From Polyangiaceae bacterium (GTDB lineage: Bacteria; Myxococcota_A; Polyangia; Polyangiales; Polyangiaceae), in NCBI GenBank assembly GCA_033763455.1, contig JANRKO010000006.1, positions 576,001-640,000 of the forward strand: 64,000 bases of DNA. Direction: 5' to 3'. Shown piece by piece: positions 50,806 through 60,332 of the stretch. The notes beneath the pieces were generated by a model. The model did no database searches, had not been told where the DNA came from, and saw nothing but the letters and a program-made list of their open reading frames with translations. Every line of letters starts with the position of its first letter. The first letter of the stretch is position 1. The position numbers were made by a program, and so were the translations under genes.

Positions 50806-52122
50806 ATGTCAGAACCTTTTTTTCGCGGTATTGAGAGCATTCGGTACGAAGGTCCCCAAACCGAAAACCCTCTCGCGTTCCGTTACTACGACAAGGATCG
50901 CCTCGTCCTAGGAAAACGCCTGGAAGAGCACCTGCGCGTGGCGGTGTGTTACTGGCACACGTTTGCATGGCACGGAAACGACGTCTTCGGAGCAGGTACG
51001 TTTGAACGCCCGTGGCTGCAGAGCGGGGATGCTCTTGTTCGCGCGGAGCAGAAGCTGGCGGTGGCGTTTGAGTTCTTGGAGAAGCTCGGTGCTCCCTTCT
51101 TCACGTTCCACGATCGCGACGTAGCGCCTGAGGGCAACACTCTTAAGGAAAGCCACGCCAACCTCGACCGCATCCTCGAAAAGATGCAGGCGCAAATGGC
51201 TCGCACGGGCAAAAAGCTACTGTGGGGCACGGCCAACCTCTTCAGCCACCCGCGCTATATGAGCGGCGCTGCCACTAATCCCGATCCCGAAGTGTTCGCC
51301 TACGGTGCGGCTCAGGTTCGAAAAATCTTGGAAGCAACGCACAAGCTTGGCGGTGAGAACTACGTGTTGTGGGGTGGTCGTGAAGGCTACGAGACTCTGC
51401 TCAATACGGACATCAAGGCTGAAACCGAGCAGCTTGGTCGCTTCCTAACGCTCGTGGCTGAGCATAAGCACAAGATTGGCTTCAAGGGCCTGCTCTTGAT
51501 CGAGCCGAAGCCCAAGGAGCCCACAAGCCACCAATATGACTTCGATACGGCAAACGTGCTGGCATTCCTTCAGAAGTTTGGCCTTGAGAAAGAATACAAG
51601 GTCAACATCGAGAATAACCACGCCACCTTAGCGGGGCACAGCTTCCAGCACGAAGTAGCCTACGCGGCCGCGAACGGCATTCTTGGCAGCATCGACATCA
51701 ATCGCGGTGATTCGCTGTTGGGCTGGGACACCGATCAGTTCCCGAACGATGTCACCGAGACGGCGCTCGTGCTCCACACCATCTTGAAGGCTGGTGGCCT
51801 CACCAGCGGTGGCATGAACTTCGACGCTAAGCTTCGCCGTCAGAGCAATGAGCCGGACGATCTTTTCCACGCACACATCGGCGGCATGGACACCCTCGCT
51901 CACGGCTTGTTGATTGCCGAGAAGATGCTGAACGACAAGAAGCTCGATCAGTTCGTTGAGAAGCGCTACGAAGGCTGGCGTGGCGAGCTCGGGCAGAGCA
52001 TCCTAGGCAAGAAGGCGAGCCTAGAAAGCCTGAGTGATCTTGTTCTCTCCAAGGGCATTGATCCCAAGCCCCGTTCAGGCCGCCAAGAGCTGCTCGAGAA
52101 CCTGATCAACAAGTACACTTGA
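50806..52122 (+). CDS. xylA: Xylose isomerase (class II)
   Basis: [46 protein letters not shown]. Confidence 0.97.
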   Translation: MSEPFFRGIESIRYEGPQTENPLAFRYYDKDRLVLGKRLEEHLRVAVCYWHTFAWHGNDVFGAGTFERPWLQSGDALVRAEQKLAVAFEFLEKLGAPFFTFHDRDVAPEGNTLKESHANLDRILEKMQAQMARTGKKLLWGTANLFSHPRYMSGAATNPDPEVFAYGAAQVRKILEATHKLGGENYVLWGGREGYETLLNTDIKAETEQLGRFLTLVAEHKHKIGFKGLLLIEPKPKEPTSHQYDFDTANVLAFLQKFGLEKEYKVNIENNHATLAGHSFQHEVAYAAANGILGSIDINRGDSLLGWDTDQFPNDVTETALVLHTILKAGGLTSGGMNFDAKLRRQSNEPDDLFHAHIGGMDTLAHGLLIAEKMLNDKKLDQFVEKRYEGWRGELGQSILGKKASLESLSDLVLSKGIDPKPRSGRQELLENLINKYT

Positions 52123-52154
52123 TGGTTCCATGGGCCCACGCTCGCGACTAACCC

Positions 52155-52517
52155 ATGCTGTTTGACGTCATTGCTGTCATTATCGGCATCTCCTACACCC
52201 TCCGAAGGCTGAGCCTCGCGAAGCTTGAAATACCAGCTTCCGAGGCCCCGCCTGCGGGTTTCGAGGCGTGGCGCCTGAGCCAGCTTGGAGCCTACAAGCT
52301 GGGGGCGAGCGTGTGTTTTGCGAAAGTCGTCTTTGCCAACGGCTTCATGTTCACGATGGGCCGCATGGGGGTGGGTGATGAGAACTGGACGAAACGGGGC
52401 GTGAGTATGGCCATTGACGTCCTTTGGCTTTTGGGGCTAGCGCTCGCGATGATCAAGAGCCACAAGGCCCAGAAAGTTCGCAAGAATTTGGGGTTGCCCG
52501 CCGTTTTTGCGAGTTAG
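52155..52517 (+). CDS. Small hypothetical membrane protein
   Basis: 120 aa with three hydrophobic segments, co-oriented after xylA. Confidence 0.6.
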   Translation: MLFDVIAVIIGISYTLRRLSLAKLEIPASEAPPAGFEAWRLSQLGAYKLGASVCFAKVVFANGFMFTMGRMGVGDENWTKRGVSMAIDVLWLLGLALAMIKSHKAQKVRKNLGLPAVFAS

Positions 52518-52811
52518 CGCCCTAACCGGGGGGAAGTTCCCCGGCACACCGGCGTACCTCTCGCTACGAACATGGGTCGCGAATGGAAAAGTCTTGGGGT
52601 GGCGCTGGCTGGCTATTACCTGGCCAAAAATACAGAGCGCTTCATCCCCCTGGGGGCGGATGCCAACGCTAACGAGCCCTCCCCGCGTTTTCCGCGTTCT
52701 CCGTCTCCGCCGCTCTTATCCAGCGACCCCGGTCCCATTTCTGGCATTGTGGTGTGCGGTGCGTCCTCCTCGCAAGAACGCTGGCAACCAGTGCCTTCGG
52801 CGCGCCGAAGG

Positions 52812-54182
52812 TTACGTGCCGTGGGCAGGGGCGGGCGTTTCGGCTGATGGGGTGGCAACCCGCCTGGGGGGTGGAGGCATGGTGTTAGCTGGCCGCGCCT
52901 TCAGGCATTCTTCAATCTTCGCGGTGATAGCCGGTGGTGCCCCGGGAGGCAAAGTGGGCTTGCCGAGCACGTTATTGAAGATGCGTTGGGGCGTCAAAGA
53001 CCCGTCGAAACCGAAGGCCAACCAGACGAACATCGAGCGGCCCTTGATGTTGGCGTACGGCACCCCTCCGCCGCGACCACCGTTCCAGGCGCGAGAGTCG
53101 CTACTGTTGTTGCGATTATCACCCAGCACCCAGACTTCGCCTGGAGCTACGTGATATGGCCCTTGCCGCCCCTCGAAACGCCCTTCTTCTAAGACAGTGA
53201 GGTAAGAGTATTGGCCAAGGTGCTCCATGTAGAGCTCACCTCGCTCAGTGTTGGCCGAACCCGCATGGAATTCATAGGTGCCGATGTGGCAGTTGGGGAC
53301 AGGCCAACCGTTGATAATCGGGTGGCCACCCTCAACCTCCAGCACGTCGCCCTCGGTGGCGATCACGCGCTTGATAAAATCCTGGCGTTCCGCCACCGGA
53401 TCAGGATCGGGATACTCAAACACCATAACATCCCCGCGGGCGGGCGGCATTGAGCTCAAGAACCTGGTTTTTGTGAAGGGGATGCTCGGACCGTAAGCCA
53501 GCTTGTTGACGAAGATGTGGTCCTGGATTTGAAGCGTGGGGAGCATTGACCCGCTCGGGATCTTGAATGCTTCCACCACGAAGGCTCGTAACAACAGCGC
53601 GACGCCAATCGCCACGGCAATCGACTCTCCGTATTCACGCAATTCGGACTTTTGCCAGCGCGCCAGGTGCTCATCCATCAGGTGTGCAACTTCGGCGTGG
53701 GCAGCCGCGAAACGTTCGGCATCGAACGGCGTGCCTTCGATGGCCGCCTTCAATGCATCGAGGCCCTCTCGGATGTCTTGCCGAACGGGGGCCGTGAGCT
53801 CCCGCTGGATGCGGTTAGGATTGCGCTGGAGGATCCGCTCGGCATCCTCCAAGAGGTGAACGGCATTTTCAAACGGTCGCCGTAGCTCTCGGGGTACGTC
53901 GTTCCTTCCCGCCACTGTCAAATCACCTGCGAAGGGAAGTGAGTGGCGGTAGTGGTAGAGCACCATCTCGAAAATCGTAAAAAACACGATCGCTGCCGGC
54001 ACCCGCTGGTCCTGCACGAACCACTGCAGTTGCCCCAGCAGCGTGGGGGCATGTTCTTCACCGCCAGCGATCAGGCGCACGCTGAGGAAGGCTAGCCCGA
54101 TTGGCACGACCACGAACCACAGGGGCCAAAACAAGTAGCGCTGGACAGGGTTCGGGGTGGCGTTGGGAGCTGAGGTTGTCAA
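52812..54182 (-). CDS. lepB: Signal peptidase I with long N-terminal extension
   Basis: IPSGSMLPTL (Ser), RGDVMVF, DFIKRV (Lys), GDNRNNSSDSR. Confidence 0.92.
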   Translation of the reverse strand: MTTSAPNATPNPVQRYLFWPLWFVVVPIGLAFLSVRLIAGGEEHAPTLLGQLQWFVQDQRVPAAIVFFTIFEMVLYHYRHSLPFAGDLTVAGRNDVPRELRRPFENAVHLLEDAERILQRNPNRIQRELTAPVRQDIREGLDALKAAIEGTPFDAERFAAAHAEVAHLMDEHLARWQKSELREYGESIAVAIGVALLLRAFVVEAFKIPSGSMLPTLQIQDHIFVNKLAYGPSIPFTKTRFLSSMPPARGDVMVFEYPDPDPVAERQDFIKRVIATEGDVLEVEGGHPIINGWPVPNCHIGTYEFHAGSANTERGELYMEHLGQYSYLTVLEEGRFEGRQGPYHVAPGEVWVLGDNRNNSSDSRAWNGGRGGGVPYANIKGRSMFVWLAFGFDGSLTPQRIFNNVLGKPTLPPGAPPAITAKIEECLKARPANTMPPPPRRVATPSAETPAPAHGT

Positions 54183-54225
54183 AATGCTGTGATTCCTTAC
54201 TCGCGGCCTCGATCCGAGGCAACGC

Positions 54226-55320
54226 CTAAGGCGCTTCGCCTACCTGTACCAAGTAATCGACCCTTGCAGCGGTCGGTGATGTCACGCTGCGACCTATGCT
54301 CGGGCTGTGGTCGAGGACGAGGTAGTACTCGCCGGGCGGGGCCGGAATGAAGCGCTTTACAGGAGTTCCCGCGGTGAGGATCTCGTCCATTAAGGGGGGA
54401 GCTGTGAGGGCCGCGGGGGTACTCCCCCGAACGTATTGCTCCACCATCAGGTCCCCGAGACCCCTCGGAACCAAGAACGCATCCACGGCCGGCGCACCAT
54501 CAATAGAGAAGGTGAAAAACAGGGCTTGATCCTTCTCGCGCACCACGAACCCCGAGATGAAGTCTTGCTGATTGGGTTGGAGCTCGGTGCGGTCATTGGC
54601 AAGTTCGGTATGGTCGGACTCTGTCACCGTGAAAGGGCGAAACGGGCGTTGCCCAGGTGCGATCAGACCGAGGCCGAAGTCCGTCTCTCCCTCATTGTTG
54701 TAGCGGATAACGGTGAAGCCTTGGCTAAGCTGTGCTTCAACAATTTGTTTGCCGGTTTCGTTGGGATTGACGCCGGTAAGCGCGATGCCCGCTTGGGCCA
54801 ACTGTGACTCGACGGCAAGCGTTTCAAATTGGGTTGCGGTGATGTTGCGTGGTCTGAAGTAGACGTAGAGCGCACCGTCGTGGAGGCGAAAATCGGGTGC
54901 AAACTCGACAAGCCCACGGGTTCTAAACCCAATGCGTCCGGTGACGTTCGTCCAACCGTAGCCCTTGCCCGAGTATTGCAATACGAAAGACTTTCGGTTC
55001 TCGTCGTCGATGATTTGGCTGTCGCAGGTCTCCGCAAAAAATCGCCCAGCGACGGGCTCCTGATTGCTCATTCTGAGCGGGGCTCCCCGTTCGCGCATCT
55101 CTTCGCAGAAGCGTTCAAGGCCAAATGTCAGGATGTCAAAACGGAGCGACTTGTTCTGTGGATTGTTGACGACACCAGCGCCGAGCACAGTGAGGGAAGA
55201 GCGGCCCACCGCTTCACGCGAAGCACACCCTGTCAGCAAAGCGAGAACAAACAGAGAGGGAAGCACCCCGAGCGCGCGCGCCTTGTCCGAGAGAAATCGA
55301 AAGCAACACATGTTTTGCAC
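54226..55320 (-). CDS. Hypothetical lipoprotein
   Basis: Lipobox LTGC; beta-rich sequence; start uncertain. Confidence 0.65.
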   Translation of the reverse strand: MQNMCCFRFLSDKARALGVLPSLFVLALLTGCASREAVGRSSLTVLGAGVVNNPQNKSLRFDILTFGLERFCEEMRERGAPLRMSNQEPVAGRFFAETCDSQIIDDENRKSFVLQYSGKGYGWTNVTGRIGFRTRGLVEFAPDFRLHDGALYVYFRPRNITATQFETLAVESQLAQAGIALTGVNPNETGKQIVEAQLSQGFTVIRYNNEGETDFGLGLIAPGQRPFRPFTVTESDHTELANDRTELQPNQQDFISGFVVREKDQALFFTFSIDGAPAVDAFLVPRGLGDLMVEQYVRGSTPAALTAPPLMDEILTAGTPVKRFIPAPPGEYYLVLDHSPSIGRSVTSPTAARVDYLVQVGEAP

Positions 55321-55433
55321 GATACACGACCTTGTGGGTCCCGAAAGTCCTGGTCCGCAACATTCGGCTCAAGAGCCCGGTCACCGATCTGCATTGACCC
55401 GCGCTCCGTGCTCGCTTCACGATGTCGATCGCT

Positions 55434-56438
55434 ATGAGCCACACCGCTATTCTCGGGGCAGGGGCCTGGGGTACCGCCTTGAGCCTTGTCCTTAGCGGGA
55501 GGGGCGAGTCCGTGCGGCTTTGGACCCACGATGAGTTCCACGCGGAGGAGCTTCGACGGGAACGCGAGAACGTTTCCTTCTTTGCAGGCTTTCGTTTGCC
55601 GGATGCCGTACAGCCTACGTCAGAGCTAGCAGCCGCCGTGGAAGGCGCAACGCTGGTCATCATCGTGGTGCCAACCCATGCTTATCGGGAAACGCTGCGT
55701 GCCATGCGGCCCTCGCTAGCGGACGCTGCCACGTTGGTCACGGCGACCAAAGGCATTGAACCTGAAACGCTGATGCTGTTAAGCGAGGTGGTAGAAGATC
55801 AGCTGGGTTCGGAGGTCGCGCGGCGGAGCGTTACTCTTTCGGGCCCGAGCTTTGCCAAGGAGGTCGCGCTCGGGATGCCGACGAATGTTGTCGCCGCAGG
55901 CATAGATGCCGGCGTTGTGGGGGCTGCCCAGACACGCATGGCCACTGAACGTTTTCGGATTTACGCGAGCGACGATCCCGTGGGCGTGCAGGTGGGAGGT
56001 GCGCTCAAGAACGTGATCGCAATTGCGGCGGGAGCCTGTGAAGGCCTCGGCTTTGGGCACAATACCCGCGCGGCGTTGATCACGCGAGGGCTGGCCGAAA
56101 TGTCACGCTTGGCCGTGGCGAAGGGGGGCAATGTGCTGTCGCTGGCCGGGCTTGCAGGCCTTGGGGATTTGGTGCTCACGTGTACCGGGGAGCTTTCCAG
56201 GAACCGCACCGTGGGGTTCGAGGTCGGGAGGGGGCGGCCCTTGGGTGAGGTACTTTCAGGCCTGGGTCACGTTGCGGAAGGCGTGGATACGGCAAGGAGT
56301 GCTTACCTATTGGCCGAACGCCTCGCGGTGGAATTGCCGATTTCAAGCGAGGTATACCGCGTGCTGTTCGAGGGTAAGAGCGCAAGCGACGCAGTGCGCG
56401 ACGTTATAAAACGACCGCTTCGGCGCGAATGGCCCTAA
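55434..56438 (+). CDS. gpsA: NAD(P)H-dependent glycerol-3-phosphate dehydrogenase
   Basis: GAGAWGTAL, TKGIE, SGPSFA, GALKNVIAI, GLGDLVLTC, SRN. Confidence 0.96.
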   Translation: MSHTAILGAGAWGTALSLVLSGRGESVRLWTHDEFHAEELRRERENVSFFAGFRLPDAVQPTSELAAAVEGATLVIIVVPTHAYRETLRAMRPSLADAATLVTATKGIEPETLMLLSEVVEDQLGSEVARRSVTLSGPSFAKEVALGMPTNVVAAGIDAGVVGAAQTRMATERFRIYASDDPVGVQVGGALKNVIAIAAGACEGLGFGHNTRAALITRGLAEMSRLAVAKGGNVLSLAGLAGLGDLVLTCTGELSRNRTVGFEVGRGRPLGEVLSGLGHVAEGVDTARSAYLLAERLAVELPISSEVYRVLFEGKSASDAVRDVIKRPLRREWP

Positions 56439-56486
56439 GTGAGGCCTTGGTGTTGTACGCAAGTTTGCTAAGGTCAGGGCCGTTCA

Positions 56487-58316
56487 ATGGCAACCCTTCG
56501 CTACTATCCCTCTGAAGATGCCCCAGCACTTTTTGCCTTGACCAAGCCCGTCACAACGGTGGGCCGAGCGTTGGACAACGATGTTCGGATTGAGGACCCG
56601 ACCGTAGCTGATCAGCACGCGCAAATCGTGTTCAACGGTCGGGATTTCCAATTGGAGGAAATCGACAAGGAAGCGGACATCTCCGTTAACGACAAGAAGA
56701 AGCGACGCATACGCTTGGCTCACGGAGATAGGATCAAGCTCGGTCGAGCAGCCCTTGGCTTCTCCATGTATTCCGAAGTGGTAGACACCGGGGCTCAAAC
56801 CGGGAGCAATCAAGAGGGCAACCAATTAGCAGGGCTCCGTCGCCTCAACAGCTTCAGCGAACGTTTGATGCAGCAGGCAACTGTGGATGAGCTGCTAGCC
56901 GCCCTCCTGGATGATGTGATTGAGCTCACCGGTGCGGCGCGAGGTGTGGTGCTTCTGGTTGACCCAGACGAAAAGAGCACACAAGCGCGGGTGCGTGCGT
57001 CGCGCAACGTGGGGCGCGAGGTCATCGAGGACCCTTCGGGGCAAATCAGCGACAGCATCGTGCAGCAAGTCATCGAGAGTAAGCGCCCTTTGATCGTGAG
57101 CGACGCGCTATCGGATACGACCTTCGGTAAGAGTGAAAGTGTGATGTCCCTCAAGCTTTCGAGCGTGATGTGTGCGCCTTTGCTGAGCCAGGGTGAGGTA
57201 ATCGGCGTCATTTACTTGGGCAATGATGAAATCAAACACCTATTTGACCGGCGGCAACTGGATGTGCTCACCATTTTCGCAGCCCAGGCTTCGCTCATTC
57301 TGCAGAATGCCATGCTGCTGAGCGCCCTCAAGGCCGATAAGCAGAAGTTGAGCGCGGAGCTTGCCGACAAGCGCTTCGGTGAGATCATCGGGTCGTGCCC
57401 TTCCATGTTGGAAGTGTTTCGAAAGCTTCAGAAGGTGGCCAGCACCGACATCAGTGTGCTCATCACGGGGGAAACGGGAACGGGCAAAGAGTTAATCGCC
57501 CGCGAGATCCACCGGCGCAGCCAGCGAGCAGCAGGGCCGTTTATCACGGTGAATTGCGGCGCCATCCCTGAAAATCTCATCGAAAGCGAGATGTTTGGGC
57601 ACGTGAAGGGCGCATTCACCGGAGCCATTGCCAGCCGCACGGGCAAGTTCCAGCAAGCTGACGGCGGTACGCTTTTTTTGGATGAGGTTGGCGAATTGCC
57701 ACTGCAGCTTCAGGTGAAGCTCCTCCGGGCCATTCAAGAGCGCGTGGTGGTCCGGGTGGGGGATAGCCGCCCAGAAAAGTGCGACATTCGCATTCTGGCC
57801 GCTACCCATCGCAACCTTGAGGAAATGATTCAGGCGGGTGGGTTTCGTGAGGACCTGTACTACCGGCTAAATGTTGTAAACTTGTGGTTGCCTCCCTTGC
57901 GCGATCGTGGGGACGATGTGCTGATCATTGCGAAGGCTTTGCTTAGTAAGTATGCCGACGAGTTGAACCGCCCCGTGAAAGGCTTCGCTCCGCAGGCGCT
58001 ACCGGCGATTCGCAAATATCCGTGGCCGGGAAACATCCGCCAGCTGGAAAATCGGATCAAGAAAGCTCTCGTATTGTGCGATCGCACGCTCCTCAATCCC
58101 GAAGATTTGGATCTCGGGCCCGAAGCGCAGGCGCCTATCGTGCCACTTGAAAAGGCAAAAGAGGATTTTCAGCGCAGTTATGTGTTGGATGTGCTTGAGC
58201 GCAATAACGGCAATCGCACGCAAACAGCGCGCGACCTCGGTGTCGACCCTCGGACGATTTTTCGCTACCTTGAGAAGGAAAGCACACCCTCCGGGCAGAA
58301 GCTCACGGAAGAATAG
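56487..58316 (+). CDS. FHA-GAF sigma54 enhancer-binding protein
   Basis: FHA-like N-terminus, GAF (SVMCAPL), GETGTGKE, GAFTGA, LDEVGE, WPGNIRQL, HTH. Confidence 0.94.
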   Translation: MATLRYYPSEDAPALFALTKPVTTVGRALDNDVRIEDPTVADQHAQIVFNGRDFQLEEIDKEADISVNDKKKRRIRLAHGDRIKLGRAALGFSMYSEVVDTGAQTGSNQEGNQLAGLRRLNSFSERLMQQATVDELLAALLDDVIELTGAARGVVLLVDPDEKSTQARVRASRNVGREVIEDPSGQISDSIVQQVIESKRPLIVSDALSDTTFGKSESVMSLKLSSVMCAPLLSQGEVIGVIYLGNDEIKHLFDRRQLDVLTIFAAQASLILQNAMLLSALKADKQKLSAELADKRFGEIIGSCPSMLEVFRKLQKVASTDISVLITGETGTGKELIAREIHRRSQRAAGPFITVNCGAIPENLIESEMFGHVKGAFTGAIASRTGKFQQADGGTLFLDEVGELPLQLQVKLLRAIQERVVVRVGDSRPEKCDIRILAATHRNLEEMIQAGGFREDLYYRLNVVNLWLPPLRDRGDDVLIIAKALLSKYADELNRPVKGFAPQALPAIRKYPWPGNIRQLENRIKKALVLCDRTLLNPEDLDLGPEAQAPIVPLEKAKEDFQRSYVLDVLERNNGNRTQTARDLGVDPRTIFRYLEKESTPSGQKLTEE

Positions 58317-58598
58317 CCATCGGGCTCTTGTGTTCTGTGGCTGGGGTGGGGGCAACTCGCGAAGCACGTCGCCGTGCAAACCGCACGCTCGGACTCTGGC
58401 TCGATAGTGCGACTCCCGATGAGATCCTGGCTCGATATTGCTGATCCTGTCGCAATTTAGGTAATCGTTGGCAGAATCTGGCTCTGGGCGAAGGTCCCCC
58501 CCCGGCTCTATGCTGTGGGGATAAATGGCGGCTGAGATCAGCGCTAACTGCCGCCCGGCAAGCGACTAACGCGACTGCGTTCGCGGAGGTAACTCATA

Positions 58599-60323
58599 AT
58601 GCTAACTTTAGGGATTGGTACGCGTATCGCAGCAGGCATAGGTCGCAGGCTTGGAATCGGCTGGGTTGCACTCGCCGTCGTGTCTTCAGCCTTGGGCTGC
58701 GCTGCTTCAGGCAAATCGCCGCCCAACCGCTCAATGGAGACCACCCCCGGGATGAACGGGACCACTCCCGGCACCACGTCGACCACCCCCGGAAGCGGCG
58801 TTCCTGGGCAGGTCGCAGTACCCGTCGCAACACTCGGCCCCACTATCATTCCTCGGCTTTCTCGCGTCGAATATGCGGCGAGCGTTCGAGCTCTGCTCAA
58901 CGTGGACATTTCGGCAGAGGCCACCCAATCGCTTCCTTTGGACGCTCGGACTCCTTTTGACAACGCAGCTGATGAGCAATCCCCATCGAGTGCACTCATT
59001 CAGGGGCTCGGCGTGGTGGCGGATGTCGCCGCGGACCGCGCCCTAGCCACTCCAGAGCTTCGCGCTGCCTTGATTGGTTGTGCGCCGAGCGGACCGGCGG
59101 ATGAAGCATGTTTTCGTCAGTTCATCCAGAAGTTTGGGCAGCGAGCTTTGCACCGTCCGCTGAGCGCGCAGGAGGTTACGGATTTTGTAAGCTTTCTGGC
59201 GACCGCCCAACATGCGAATGATTTCAACGTCGCCGTTGGCATGGTGATTCGAGCGATCCTGCAGGATCTTGAGTTTGTCTACCGCGTCGAGATCGGCTCT
59301 CCCACGGCCACAGATCCACTGCTCGTCGCTCTTACGGATTGGGAGCTCAGCGCTCGCCTTTCGTACCTCTTGTGGGGGCGCACTCCAGACGATACGTTGC
59401 TCAACAACGCCCAAGCGGGGATGTTGAGTACTCCGGAAGGCATGAAGGCAGAGGCTGCCCGCCTGTTGGGAACGCCCGAGGGCGTCAGCCGGATTCAGCG
59501 CTTTCACGCTATGTGGCTGGGCTATGATGAGTCGCAACATCCACCAGCGTTGGGCCAGGCGTTGCGCACCGAGACGGATGCGCTTGTTCAACGTGTCGTT
59601 TTTGAGAAGGATCTTTCTTGGCCAGAGCTGTTCAATTCGCCGGAAACTTACGTTGACCAGCAACTGAGCACGCTTTACGGGCTTCCGGCACCGAGCAGCG
59701 CTGGGTTCAACTGGACCACGTATACCGATCCGTTGCGGCGCGGCATTCTTTCCCAAGGGAGCCTCCTCGCGAACGGTAGCAAGAACGGAGATACGAGTCC
59801 GACTCTTCGTGGGAAGTTCATTCTTGAGCGACTTCTCTGTTCCCCGGTGCCGCCCCCGCCTCCAGGCGTTGACAATACGACACCTCCCGCCGCTCCAGGA
59901 AACAACTGTAAATCGGATCGCTATGCGGCCCATGCTCAGGGCAGTTGTGCGGGGTGCCACAGCCTGATGGATTCTGTGGGCTTCGGGTTGGAGAACTTCG
60001 ACGGCCAGGGGCGCTTTCGGGACCACGATCTCGACCGTCCCGAATGCCTGGTCAGTGGGAATGGGCAACTCGGAACTTCCGCCTTTCGTGGGCCGGCTGA
60101 GCTCGGTCAACTCATCATGCAGTCCGAGAAGGTGGTCCCTTGCCTGGCCCAGTTCGTTTATCAGTTCGCCGTGCAGAAGCAGGTGGGGCCAGCCGATGTC
60201 GCTGGTATTAGCGCCTTTCAAGCTCAGCTAACCGGGGCTCAAGTGTCGCTCAAGCGTGCGTTGCTCGAGTGGATCGGAACTGGCGCGTTTCGTTATCGAA
60301 GGATTCAGCCCTTCACCCTGTGA
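58599..60323 (+). CDS. DUF1592/DUF1588-family lipoprotein with heme-binding motif
   Basis: RBS GGAGGT; lipobox ALGC; RLSRVEY, FVYRVE, RLSYLLW..TPD, RRGIL, TSPTLRG, CAGCH, GFGLENFD. Confidence 0.88.
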   Translation: MLTLGIGTRIAAGIGRRLGIGWVALAVVSSALGCAASGKSPPNRSMETTPGMNGTTPGTTSTTPGSGVPGQVAVPVATLGPTIIPRLSRVEYAASVRALLNVDISAEATQSLPLDARTPFDNAADEQSPSSALIQGLGVVADVAADRALATPELRAALIGCAPSGPADEACFRQFIQKFGQRALHRPLSAQEVTDFVSFLATAQHANDFNVAVGMVIRAILQDLEFVYRVEIGSPTATDPLLVALTDWELSARLSYLLWGRTPDDTLLNNAQAGMLSTPEGMKAEAARLLGTPEGVSRIQRFHAMWLGYDESQHPPALGQALRTETDALVQRVVFEKDLSWPELFNSPETYVDQQLSTLYGLPAPSSAGFNWTTYTDPLRRGILSQGSLLANGSKNGDTSPTLRGKFILERLLCSPVPPPPPGVDNTTPPAAPGNNCKSDRYAAHAQGSCAGCHSLMDSVGFGLENFDGQGRFRDHDLDRPECLVSGNGQLGTSAFRGPAELGQLIMQSEKVVPCLAQFVYQFAVQKQVGPADVAGISAFQAQLTGAQVSLKRALLEWIGTGAFRYRRIQPFTL

Positions 60324-60332
60324 GGTTATGCT

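Noticed and set aside
52507..53154. Plus-strand ORFs (215 aa at 52507; 91 aa at 52572) after the small membrane gene
   Set aside because: They overlap lepB antisense and have no recognisable motif; a small gene at 52572 cannot be excluded but is unsupported
58428..58442. TGGCTCGATATTGCT as a sigma54 promoter
   Set aside because: GG-to-GC spacing is one base short of the strict requirement
58616..58631. Sigma54-like TGGTACGCGTATCGCA
   Set aside because: It lies inside the CDS whose ATG 58599 has a good RBS, and the -12 element is imperfect
59043..60221. 392-aa minus-strand ORF
   Set aside because: Antisense shadow of the well-supported DUF1592 gene; no motifs; long shadow ORFs are expected in GC-rich DNA
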